From Hemiscyllium ocellatum (Eukaryota), in contig NC_083423.1 of NCBI RefSeq assembly GCF_020745735.1, forward strand, positions 50,902,001 to 50,966,000: 64,000 nucleotides of DNA, given 5' to 3'. The translations under genes were made by a program, and so were the position numbers. Below are positions 1-10,829 of the stretch, piece after piece. Numbering within the stretch: position 1 is the stretch's first letter; every line of letters begins with the position of its first letter. The notes beneath the pieces were generated by a model. That model was given only the letters and a program-made list of their open reading frames with translations, had not been told where the DNA came from and did no database searches.

Positions 1-280
1 AACATTAAAGTCCCCTCCCACTCCCTTCCATCGAACGGAAGATACAAAAGTTTGAAAACACGTATCAACAGACTCATGAACAGCCTCTTCCCAATTGTTA
101 TCAACTTCTGATTGATCTTTGTCTGCATGTACTTTGTAGCTATAACACTATATTCTGCATTCTGTTCTATTACCCTGATGTACTTAAGTAAGGTATGATA
201 TGTCCGGTTAGCATGCAAACAATACTTTTCACTGTAACTCAGTACACGTGACAATAATAAATCAAGTCAAATCAAATCAA
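1..280 (+). mobile_element. 3' end of a non-LTR retrotransposon (Rex1/Babar-like) with (CAAAT)n tail
   Basis: Translates to ...LPSNGRYKSLKTRINRLMNSLFP..., resembling the LPSGRRYRS..RT.RF.NSFFP C-terminus of Rex1/Babar RTs. Ends in AATAAA plus tcaaatcaaatc. Confidence 0.5.
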
Positions 281-572
281 AAGTTGTACAACATTCTGAC
301 TTGGAAACGTTATTGCAGCTCCTCCATGGTCACTCAGTAAAATGCTGGAACATCTTTTCCAAGAACACTGTAGGTGTCCCTATGATACATGGATTGTAGC
401 AGCTCAAAGAGGCAGCTCACAACTACCTTCTCAAGTCCAATTAGAGATGGCCAATAAGTTTACCCACCTAGTGATGCTGATATTCCACGGATAAATAAAA
501 ATTATGAGTCTTTCCCTCAATCACCTAAAAAGCTCCTATCTCCTTGCTCTAAATTGACAGCTGGATAACTGG

Positions 573-721
573 TAAAAAATGAGGTCTGCAGATGCTGGAG
601 ATCACAGCTGAAAATGTGTTGCTGGTCAAAGCACAGCAGGCCAGGCAGCATCTCAGGAATAGAGAACTCCTGAGATGCTGCCTGGCCTGCTGTGCTTTGA
701 CCAGCAACACATTTTCAGCTG
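573..721 (-). mobile_element. PLE-derived fold-back (hairpin) element, family 1
   Basis: Perfect 54-bp inverted repeat (605-658/668-721) plus unpaired tail 573-604. Sequence matches the 3' end of the PLE at 31330-31418. Flanked by direct repeat CAGCTGGATAACTGG (558-572/716-730). Confidence 0.9.
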
Positions 722-894
722 GATAACTGGGTCTTCCTGTTCACACTTCCATCATGGCACCCAACTCTTGTGCAATAAAAGACAAGGGAACTCTTTGACT
801 GTGGAACCAGGAGTAGTGTGTGATGACAACAGTGAATGAAAGGGGGAGGTTGCGTGAACAATATTACCACCTCTCCGTTGGCCGAGACTCAGAT

Positions 895-1430
895 GTCATA
901 GATGTACAGTACAGAAACAGGCCCTTCAGTTCAACTTTATGCTGACCAGATATCCTCAATTAATCTCTTCCCATTTGCCAGCATTTGGCCCATATCCCTT
1001 TAAACCCTTCTTTTTTCATATGGCTATCCAGATGTCTTTCAAATACTGGAAGTGATCCAGCCTCCACATACCCTCTGGCAGCTCGTTCCATTCCCTGCAT
1101 GGAAAAACATTGTCCCTTAGGTCCCTTTAAAATCTTATCCATCTCACCTTAAACTTATGTCCTCTAGTTTTGGACTCCCCTACCTGAGGGCAAAGACCTT
1201 GATAAATCACCCTATCCAAGCCAGTCATGATTTTATAAACTTCTGTAACATCATGCCTCATTTTCTGACATTCCTGGAAAATAGCCCCAGTCTATTTAAC
1301 CTCTCCCTATAGCTCAAACCTTCCAGCACTGGCAACATCCTTGTAAATTTTTTCTGAACCATTTCAAGCTTCACAACATCTTTCCTGTAGCAGGGAGACG
1401 AGAATTGAACACTCTATTCCAAACATTGTC
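895..1430 (-). mobile_element. CR1-type LINE 3' end fragment
   Basis: Same sequence family as 27010-27530, 47290-47830 and 52590-52875 (RT C-terminus FKRHLD plus tail ..tctatgact). Confidence 0.75.
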
Positions 1431-1459
1431 TAATTTTGCAATACTCATTTACAATAGCA

Positions 1460-1670
1460 ACAGAAACTGATGGAGAAACATTAGCAGATATGGCAGCATC
1501 ATGGAGAGAGAATCTGAGTTAATGTTGAGTCCAGCATGATTCTTCTCCAAAGAAAAGGAGTCATAGGGACCAGAAATATTAAGCAATTTTCTCTCCATAG
1601 AATCCGCCAGACCTGCTGAGATCTCCAGTACTTTCTGTTTTTATTCCAGATTTCCAGGATCTGCAGTATT
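1460..1670 (+). mobile_element. Old, degenerate PLE-derived fold-back element
   Basis: Imperfect inverted arms (~1460-1547 / ~1550-1640) followed by the tail ..tttccaggatctgcagt, homologous to the tail ..tccagcatctgcag of younger PLE ends. Confidence 0.55.
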
Positions 1671-1674
1671 AAAC

Positions 1675-2215
1675 TGTTATGAAGTCAAAGCATGCACTGT
1701 ACCTTTGAGAGAGAGTGAATGCTGTTCTGAACTGAGAGATTACAAGCACCCGTGTATATGACTAGCTGGCAGTTCCACAGTATACTGGAAAATTGAAAAT
1801 ATGTCACGTTTGACTGTGAAATGGATACCTGAGTTTTGGTTGCTGTTTAAATTCAAGTTGTTGTCAACAATAATCAGTTTGAATTATGCCCCACGATACT
1901 AAAACCCAATCAAGTTTGAGTTTATTGTTTTGCCAACATCGAGACAATCCAATGTTGGGGATATAAAAATGCAGACATTTTGAAAATTGGAGAGAGAGCT
2001 ACTGCCAATGAGACACATCCAAGAAATTAGGGAACACTCTCTATCAAAGGTACTTTTTCATATAAAACATACTCGCATTAAAAAGAAAGACAACGACTCA
2101 GGGAATTCAGCAGCTGGAAGAGTGAAGTCACAGAAGATGACAGCAGCTGTATGGCTTTCAAATTCAGTTGATGTAAGCTTAATAAGTGTCTTATTGGAAC
2201 AGTATATTGTTATAC
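1675..2215 (+). mobile_element. Truncated LTR related to the solo LTR at 28022-28726
   Basis: Starts TGTTATGAAG. Shares collinear blocks with 28022-28726 (ctgtacctttRagagag, aatcagtttRaatta, agtttgaRttt, TATA, aaggtac, attggaNNagtatatt). Confidence 0.55.
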
Positions 2216-2219
2216 TGTC

Positions 2220-2470
2220 GGACACGTTACTCACCATCTAACACTCTTGATCACCTGGAAAGACTTATGATCAGATACTCCATTCACACCAATTGTACGA
2301 TCTTTTGATCTCTCTGCCTACACACTGTGTGCTCTTCTCTCCCTTTGCACCTAATTTTGGTGGGTGGGGTGTGCGCGCGCGCGCGCTTCCAAAAGCTTGT
2401 GATTTCAAATAAACATGCTGTCATGTGCCTCCTAGTTTTGGCCAGTCCAGCACCATCACCTCCACATCAT
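2220..2470 (+). mobile_element. Decayed PLE 3' end/pLTR related to the element at 37119-38880
   Basis: ..ttccaaaagcttgtgatttcaaataaac..ccagtccagcacc..cctccacatcat resembles the reverse complement of 37115-37210. Confidence 0.5.
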
Positions 2471-2475
2471 CTGGT

Positions 2476-2787
2476 GGGCTGCACGGTGGCACAGTGGTTA
2501 GCACTGCTGCCTCACAGCACCTGAGACCCGGGTTCAATTCCCGACTCAGGTGACTGACTGTGTGGAGTTTGCACGTTCTCCCCGTGTCTGCGTGGGTTTC
2601 CTCTGGGTGCTCCGGTTTCCTCCCACAGTCCAAAGATGTGCGGGTCAGGTGAATTGGCCATGCTAAATTGCCCGTAGTGTTAGGTAAGGGGTAAATGTAG
2701 GGGTATGGGTGGGTTTCGCTTCGGCGGGTCGGTGTGGACTTGTTGGGCCGAAGGGCCTGTTTCCACACTGTAAGTCTAATCTAATCT
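2476..2787 (+). mobile_element. tRNA-derived SINE (HE1/V-SINE-like)
   Basis: Pol III A box TGGCACAGTGG (2487-2497), B box GGTTCAATTCC (2531-2541), conserved central core and (TCTAA)n tail. At least 7 copies in the window. Confidence 0.9.
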
Positions 2788-2907
2788 CAAGTTTTCCAGG
2801 GAACTGCACTCAGTGACTGGCTCTGGCCTGTCCATCATCAGTGGTGCTCACCACAATGCTGCCCTGCCCTTCAGAAGCTCCATTGTCTAACTGTAACTGA
2901 ACGTGGT

Positions 2908-3195
2908 GGACAGCAAGGTGGCACAGTGGTTAGCGCTGCTGCCTCAGCGCCAGAGACCCGGGTTCAATTCCCTGAGGCGACTGTGTGGAGTTTGCACATT
3001 CTCCCCGTGTCTGCGTGGGTTTCCTCTGGGTGCTCTGGTTTCCTCCCACAGTCCGAAGATGTGCGGTCAGGTGAATTGGCCATGCTAAATTGCCCGTAGT
3101 GTTAGGTAAGGGGTAAATGTAGGTTACGCTTCGGCGGGTTGGTGTGGTCTTGTTGGGCCGAAGGGCCTGTTTCCACACTGTAAGTAATCTAATCT
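2908..3195 (+). mobile_element. tRNA-derived SINE (HE1/V-SINE-like)
   Basis: Close copy of 2476-2787 with A/B boxes and taatctaatct tail. Confidence 0.9.
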
Positions 3196-3299
3196 TAAAA
3201 AAACTGTGGCCTCATCCTATTCTCCAGAGACACATCAATTTAACTGGATCCATCAATCACTTACAGATGCAGGGATCAACCTGACTCCCACTGCCCATT

Positions 3300-4430
3300 T
3301 GCCAATCAGCATCCGGGTCTCTCGCTATTGGTCAACAGGCAGCCAATCACACTCAGAGCGCCTTTCCATGATGTCATGCGCCGACAAGAGCTACGTTCCG
3401 TTTTTATTTGAAATTCATACTCCCGCTTGCTCTATCAACGCAGCTCCGCCATCACCGACAGCAACGAGCACAGCGCGGGCCGGGTTATTATTGCGGTGAC
3501 ATTACCGGCCGCCTGAGTCTCTACACATGGTATTCATACCGGAGATGAAAGTGACTGCGGCTGCTCCTGGTCCGGCTCCCGCGACTGACGCACCCACAGT
3601 GAGGAGGCGGGACATCCTCCTGTCGATCATGAGAACGGCTCACCTCCTTCTCCAATCAGAGGCGGGAACATCACGCATCCGTTCCAGAGGCGCGGCGCAG
3701 AGCCAATAGAAACGCGGTCCGTCCCCCGACACTCAAATGGCATCCCGACTGTCCCCCAATCAAAGACAACAATCAGCCGACCTCACGTGGCCCCGCCCCT
3801 TCTCCAATCAGAGGCGGTCCTCCCCTGTCAATCCCAATACGAAACGCTGTCAATCATGCCCCTTTCCCCCTACCCCGTTCCACCTCGAGAGTCGAAGCCA
3901 CAGTGAAGAGGCGGGGCCTGTCCTGCAGTTCGGGCTAGCCCCGCCCAAAAGGATTGTGCACTCCCGTCAGTCACATCCCGACCCCACCCCTTGAGGGGCG
4001 GGGAAGACCTTTGTCAATCATTGATTGCCGCCAATGTTGTCCCGCCCTCGGAAGTGATGTCACCTCGGTTTCTAGGGGGCGTTGTTTTTGTGCGAGGGAC
4101 GTGTGACGGAGGTGCGTCGCTTCCGGCAGACGTGGCGGCTGATGTGGATCTGGAGAGGCCGATGAGAATCAGCCGCCGTCAACATGATTTCCCTCACGGA
4201 CTCGCAGAGTAAGTGACCCTGCCCCGGAGTGGGGTGGGCCCTGGGCAGGTCGGAGCCGCCGTGGGACCGAGCTGTAAGGGGGAGGCCCTTTGGAGGATCC
4301 CCGGTGCCTGCGGCCTGGGCTCGGGCCCAGCCCGGCTCCAGGAAACAGCTGCATCCAGCTCGGCGCCGGGCACTTTGATGGCCTTGTTAAAGCAGGAGGC
4401 TGTCTCCGTGTGAGCACCGGGGGCTACTCC
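3300..4430. promoter_or_regulatory. CpG-island promoter of GOLT1B (possibly bidirectional)
   Basis: CpG-rich block around exon 1 in an otherwise CpG-poor window. CCAAT at 3302, 3343, 3652, 3703, 3756, 3804, 3834 and 4031. GC boxes (~3791, ~3940, ~3996), ETS sites CGGAAGT (~4049) and CTTCCGG (4120), E-box CACGTG (3784). Confidence 0.8.
4184..4208 (+). CDS. GOLT1B: GOLT1B coding exon 1 (MISLTDSQ)
   Basis: ATG in context gtcaacATGa; donor A|gtaagt at 4209. Confidence 0.93.
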
Positions 4431-4976
4431 TAGGAGAGCTCTGGGTTTTCCAGTGACTGCCCTGTAATACTGTGGTCACCACTGAAAGAAATCCATCCCC
4501 ATAGCAGGGTTTCATTAACGGAGTCCATGTGATGACCACGTCTGGTGTTCAAATCAGTCAGTCACACAGTGCCAGTACGTTGCAGATCGCCTGGGGAAAC
4601 CTCTGCTGCTCTCTGAATTAATTATTGTCAATGTCCTGATGTACAACGGGCTGGGGAAACCATATACCAGTAAAAACCTACTCCTGGGAATCAAGAAAAA
4701 TCTTAATATCAAATCTGTCGTGTTACTGTTTTGTTGGATTTCGGATTTTTTTTTAAAAAGTTATTCCTTTGAGCTGTATAATGTGAGAAGATGCATTGCA
4801 TTGAGACTTTATGCTTTTCAAAAATTACTTGAATGGACAGTTGCAATAGATTGTTAAATTGCTTGATTAATGCATGGTTTTGAGCAAAATAAACAGCTTT
4901 GAAATACGTTTCAGGTATAATTGCAATGCAATAAAACTACTAATAATGGTTAGTCTACAGACTGTTACTGAATGGT

Positions 4977-5630
4977 ATGGTGGCTCAGTGGTTAGTGCTG
5001 CTGCCTCTTAACACCAGGGACCTGGGTTCCATTCCACCTTTGGGCAACAGTCTTCATGGTGTTTGTGTGTTCTCCCTGTATCTGTGTGAGTTTCTGCTGG
5101 GTGCTCTACTTTCCTTTTGCGGTCCAAAGCTGTGCAAGTTGGGTGGATTGGCCATGTTATGTGCAGTCAGAGATATGCAGCATGGACACAGAGCATTTGG
5201 TCCACCTTGTCCATGCTAACCTGGTATCCTATGTAAATCTAGACTTGTTTACCAGCATTTTGCCCATATCTCTCTTAACCCCCTTCTATTCATATACCCA
5301 TCCAGATGGCCTTTTAAATGTAATTGTAGCAGCTTCCACCACTTCCTCTGGCAGCTCATTCCACACATGCACCACTCTGTGTGAAAATGTTGCCCCTCAG
5401 GTTCCTTTTTTATATCTTTCACCTTAAACCCATGCCTTCTAGTTTTGGGAAAAGGCCAAAAGTCTGATAGTGTTCAGGGCTGTGCAGGTTAATAAGTTAG
5501 CCATGGGAATGCAGGTTTACAGGGATAGGATAAGGGAATGGATCTGGGTGGGATACCCTTCAAAGGATTGGTGTGGATTTGTTGGCCTGAATGGCCTAGT
5601 TCCATACTGTAAGGATTCTATTCTATTCTA
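4977..5630 (+). mobile_element. tRNA-derived SINE interrupted by a CR1 3' tail fragment (~5165-5455, minus strand)
   Basis: SINE head (tggctcagtggttag..gggttccattcc) and core to ~5160; SINE 3' half resumes ~5470 and ends ttctattctattcta. Confidence 0.7.
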
Positions 5631-7835
5631 AAACTACTCCTACCTGGAAGATGAAAACTCTAAATGACAAAAAACCTTGCATTTATAAAGCACTTTTTGC
5701 TACCTAGGACATTCCAAAATGCTTCACTGTCAGCTTACTACTTTTCTAAAATGTTGTTGTGATGTTGTATACTTAAAACATGCAGCATTCTGTCTACCCT
5801 GAAGTAATGTTTTATAACAAAGTGTGCTATATATTTCCTTAAGCACTATGGAAATTCAACATAATACTTTGTTTAATCAAGCTTAACACCAGACTAGGAT
5901 TGCATCTTCTTAAATTCAAAGTCTGAATAATCTGGAAGAATTAAGAAATCTCTTAGTACATTGCGCTAAGTGTCAGATTAGAGCTGAAGTTATATGAAAA
6001 CTTGGACATGGTTCATCTGAAAACACTTAACTTTGAGAAATTGACCATATATCTCCAGCCTCACACCCATGATGGTTGAAATAATCTAATCAGGAAGTAA
6101 AAATATTCTCTTGGAGGTTACCTACCAAAAATATATGCAAGTCTCAGAATTGCAGTATCCTTTTACTGCTATGCTTCAAATTTCCTCTAATTTTTCAGTT
6201 GCAATGAAAAAGTAAACAAAATATGTTATTGTACTTGATAATTGTCATGGACAGTGCCCAACCATGGCCTTTTGATGCATGTCAAAGTTGCTGGATAGTT
6301 TAATGAAGCTTTTGGTCCTCTGTAATTTTCATTCTGACTAGAAGCTTCTTTTTATGGATATAAATGTTTGGCTACATGATATGAAAATGGTAATATAACT
6401 TGAGCCTTCATCTCACACTGAGTGTAATATGTTAAGGGATGTGACAGTCTTGCCAGCTGGCATTTCAAGCTGTTTGGTGTGTATTGAGGATAAAGAAAAT
6501 ACTTCTCCTATGCAAAAAAAATCTATATCTTAATTGTTTTGCAAATGTTACTTTTATTGTAGTATTACCAGAAAAAAAACCTCTTAGTGCAGAATTTGAT
6601 TTACCTGCCTTGTGGGCTGACAATATTGTCAGTGTAATGAAATTCTTCATGTTTATGGCACGTTATCCATTAAATTACGCTCACTTACTTCAATATTACT
6701 GCTATTTCCAAATATGTAACGTGAGTTTCTCTGCTTGTCTGTACCATTCACTTGGGAAGTTGCCAAGAAGATGCTGTATGTTTTAATTTGAATGAGGTCT
6801 GACTGTTCAATGTTTTGGAAAATTGAGTGACATGTGGCCAATATTGAGTGTTACTGCCAACACATTATGTTAAGGCTGAGAAATGTTCAGATGCTTTGGT
6901 AGAGATGGGCTTGTTTTTTTTTTGTTGTTTGAGATGCAAGTAAACATTTATTGCCTGCCTCTAGTTTTCCTTTCAGAAGGTAGCACTGAGCTGTCTTGAG
7001 CAGCTGCAGTTTGTCTGGTAAAATCACTACCACAGTATGTTTAGGGAATTTTTGAGCCAGTGACAAGTCAGGAAAGTGAATGGCCAGGAAGGAAAGACTG
7101 TGTTATTGTTCTTTGTGCCTACTGCCTATCTTGTTCTAGGTGATTTGCTGTCATAGTTCCTCAGTTGCCTACATCTAAGCAACTTTGATTCACCTATCAA
7201 ACAGTTGGCTGCATTGTTGTATGAGGGTGGAAAGGGTTTGGGAAATCGCCAGGTGAGTTACATGCTGCAGAGTACCCAGCCTGTAACCCCCTTGTTCATT
7301 GCTGTATTCACGTGACTGGTCAAAGGTGATTTCCCCCAAGATATTGATGGTCTCAGATGTAACAGTAGCAATGTCATAGACAGTTAGGTGGTGGTTAGAT
7401 TCTCTCCTTTTTTAAATCAGAAATTGCAACCCATAGGATACATTGTCAAATGTCACTATTATCACTTAATAGTGAAGCATGAAAGTGTCCATATCTTGTG
7501 TGTGGGTTTAGCCTCATTAAATGTCAGCTAAAAGAATTGCATAAAACTTTTATAACCATACATTACAACAGTGATGACAGTTCAAAACTACTTCATTGGA
7601 TGTCCTCAGATTATGAAAGATATTCTACACTCAATTCGTCTTCTGATTTTTTTGTTACATTTTAGAGCTTGAGATAAGAATTAAATTGCACATTTTATTT
7701 TGAAATTTGGTAGTTACATAATGTATATTTCAAAGGTTAGCAATATATATCATGTTATTCTCCTATGATAGTATTTGTCTCTCAGTTCAGATGGTGGAAT
7801 CTGATTGTAACAAATCTGTACTCTTTGTTTTGCAG

Positions 7836-7927
7836 AAATTGGAATGGGATTAACAGGTTTTGGTGTGTTTTTCCTGTTCTTTGGTATGATTCTCTTCTTT
7901 GACAAGGCACTTCTTGCGATAGGAAAT
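7836..7927 (+). CDS. GOLT1B: GOLT1B coding exon 2
   Basis: Acceptor ttttgcag|; encodes [31 protein letters not shown]; donor |gtaagt. Confidence 0.96.
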
Positions 7928-8619
7928 GTAAGTTTAAATTAGCAAACTTCTATGCTTCTCTAAAGCCTCATTTATCCCTGCCTTGACAACCTAATTATTT
8001 TGATGTATAGACATAGCTTACTATTCAGATGATAAGCATTTTACATCTTTTAAAATAAAGTGGACCATTTTTTATTAGTGCTCATGCCTGTTGCTTGTTC
8101 TTCCAAAAGAACTTCTGTTCTTTTATGATGGCTGATAGATGGCAGGAAAGCCATTTGCAAGAGTTTCAATTCCTGTCTTTATAAATGCATAAGCTAATTA
8201 TATGGAGGAACACAAGGACAGGAACATGGAGGGGGGGGGTTGGAGAGAGGAGGGAGGAAAGTGTGTTATGGGCTGCTGCTTAACTAGGCAAGTATAGAAC
8301 CTTGACAGTGAAACTGACACTTTCTAGTAGAATGCAATGAGCTGCTTGTGTGTTGTCTTGAACATTACTTGTAATGTCCCCCATTCCTGCCACTACCTGT
8401 ATTTCATAGTCTTTGTTGCATGATCCCTGTTCTTTTGGCTTGCTCTTATTCTGCACAAAACCTGTCTTAATGCATAGCCTAAGTGGGAAGGAGAAAATGC
8501 AATTGGAACTGCTGGATATATTTTTAAGTTCACGTAATACAATAAGTTTAAGGAGCCACTAATTCATTGAAATCCTACTGACAGTGCTCTAAGTGATGCC
8601 TGTTTTGTAAATGTTCAAC

Positions 8620-9485
8620 TAAACCTTTTGAAAACCAGGGAATTACAGAACAGTGAGCTCCACATCACAGATCGGGAAAACTATTGGAGAAAATAATGAA
8701 GGTGAAAATTAATCTCCACTTGGAGAGGCAAGGTTTAATCAGATACAGGCTTTGTCAGAGGAGGGCAAAAGTGAGGACTGGATGCTGGAAACCAGCATTT
8801 AGATCAGAGTGGTGCTGGAAAAGCACAGCAGGTCAGGCAGCATTCGAGAAGCAGGAAAATTAATGTTTTGGACAAAAGCCCTTCATCAGGCTGTATTCCT
8901 GATGAAGGGCTTTTGCCTGAAACATCGATTTCCCTGCTCTTCGAATGCTGCCTGACCTGCTGTGCTTTTCCAGCACCACTCTGATGTAAACTTTGTCAGA
9001 GGGAGGTTCTATCTAACAAAGTTGAATTTTCTGAGGTGACCAGGTGTGTAGATGAGGATAGTGCTGTTGCAATAGTTTATATGGATTTCAGCAAAGCTTT
9101 TGACAAGTTCTCAGACGAGAAACTGATTCAGAAGGTAAAGCACATGGGATCCTGGGAAATTGGATCCAACATTGGTTTAGTGGTGGTAGGTTTTTGTACA
9201 ACCAGAGGATGGTATCCTATGTCATACCACAGGGATCATTGCTGGGTCCCTTTTATTATTTATGATACATACAAATAATATGGATGTGAATGTCGGGGAG
9301 AGGGTGATAAGTAAGTTTGCTGATGACACAAAGATTTGCCGGGAGGTTGATAGTGAGGCAGAAGGTCTTGGCTAACAGCAACATGTAGAAGAATTGGTCA
9401 GATGGGCAGATCAGTGGCAGATGGAATTTAACCTTGATAAGCGCGAAATGATGCAGTTTGGAGGAAATAACGAGGCAATGGAATA
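8620..9485 (+). mobile_element. CR1 LINE ORF2 (RT) fragment, decayed, interrupted by a PLE hairpin
   Basis: Motifs GFVRG.., VYMDFSKAFDK and ISKFADDTKI with stops and frameshifts. Confidence 0.8.
8765..8990 (-). mobile_element. PLE-derived fold-back element, family 2, with two back-to-back hammerhead motifs
   Basis: Inverted arms ~8798-8890/8898-8990, 7-nt loop, tail ~8765-8797. Target duplication CTTTGTCAGAGG(G)AGG at 8750-8764/8991-9006. CTGATGA core at 8899-8905 (+), mirrored on the minus strand. Confidence 0.88.
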
Positions 9486-9822
9486 GTCTTCAGAATTATA
9501 TGATCTAAGATATTTGCCCATAAGTGAGTTGCTTTCCTTTAGAAGTTTTAAAATAGTCTAGTTGCTAAGAAATCTTCAAGTATGCCTAAGTTGCAGAACA
9601 TTCATCTAATATCCTATTTAACATTGCAAGAATGATTATGCTTAGGGTAAATATATATTCCACTTGATAGAGCTTGCAGTTGGTAAGAAATAGACGTTAG
9701 GTCGATTCAGAATACAAATTTAGAACATGGGTTTCTAAACTGCATACAAGGTATTATACATGTACGGTTTTTTAGTTACTTCAGATCAGTCCTTTAAGCA
9801 ACCTTATTCTTTCTTTTTCCAG

Positions 9823-10001
9823 ATTTTATTTGTGGCAGGCTTGTCTTTTGTAATCGGCTTAGAAAGGACTTTCAGGTTCTTCTTCCAGAAACACAAAATG
9901 AAAGCTACAGGCTTCTTTCTGGGTGGTATTTTCGTTGTGCTGATTGGCTGGCCAGTAATAGGCATGGTTCTTGAAATTTATGGATTCTTCCTTTTATTCA
10001 G
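9823..10001 (+). CDS. GOLT1B: GOLT1B coding exon 3
   Basis: Acceptor tttttccag|; encodes ILFVAGLSFVIGLERTFRFFFQKHKMKATGFFLGG...YGFFLLFR; donor AG|gtaagg. Confidence 0.97.
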
Positions 10002-10414
10002 GTAAGGGAAATGTGAACTCTTACTGAGTTTATTCACCATGTGACTGTCCATGAAACTGTTCTCACGTTATGAATAGTTATTTTATTTTGAATAATTTAA
10101 TACTTAAAAAAATAATCTTCTAGTTCCAACAATAATTGGATGAACATTTAAAAGACTGGAAATTAGCATTTGAAGACTTGGGAGTTAGAATTCTTTGTTC
10201 AATTTAAATGACGTTGTTCAGCCAGGACTCCAATGCTAACCGCTTTTGTTTTGTTGCTTAGCAATAACTGTTATCTGGTCTTAGTATCTTTAAAGCAACC
10301 AATGTATTTTTTCAGATGTGTTCTTTCATAGGATCTGGATATCGCTGAATGAGTCAGCATTATTTATCCATCTTTCATTGTCCTTGCGAAAGTGTTGTTA
10401 ACTGCTTTCTTTGA

Positions 10415-10826
10415 AAGTCTTATGAGGAAAGGCTGAGAGACTTGAACCTGTTCTCATTGGAAAGGAGAAGGCTATGAGGGGATTTGGTAAAGACATACAA
10501 GATGATCAGAGGGTTACATAGGGTAGACAGTGAAAGTCTTTTTCCTAGGATGATGACGTCAGCGTGTATGAGGGGGCATAACTACAAATTGGTAGATTTA
10601 AGACAGATGTCAGATGCAAGTTCTTTACGCAGAGAGTGGTAAGGGCATGGAATGCCCTACCTGCTAACGTAGTCAACTCAGCCACATTAGGGAGATTTAA
10701 TCAATCCTTGGGTAAGCACATGGATGATTTGGGGATAGGGTAGGGCGACGAGCTGAAAATAGTTCACAAGTCGATGCAACATCGAGGGCCGAAGGGCCTG
10801 TTCTGCGATGTATTGTTCTATGTTCT
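10415..10826 (+). mobile_element. CR1 LINE 3' end (second family)
   Basis: YEERLRDLNLFSLERRRL.GDL..TYK motif; tail tgttctatgttcta. Confidence 0.75.
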
Positions 10827-10829
10827 AAC

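Noticed and set aside
2476-2560. tRNA genes
   Set aside because: A and B boxes are followed by a SINE core and tail in multiple copies, with no complete cloverleaf.
1-3300. RECQL coding exons expected from synteny
   Set aside because: No helicase-like coding sequence is visible; the region is made of repeats.
9760-9822. 5' part of ORF 9760-10005 as coding
   Set aside because: Intron sequence upstream of the exon 3 acceptor at 9821-9822.
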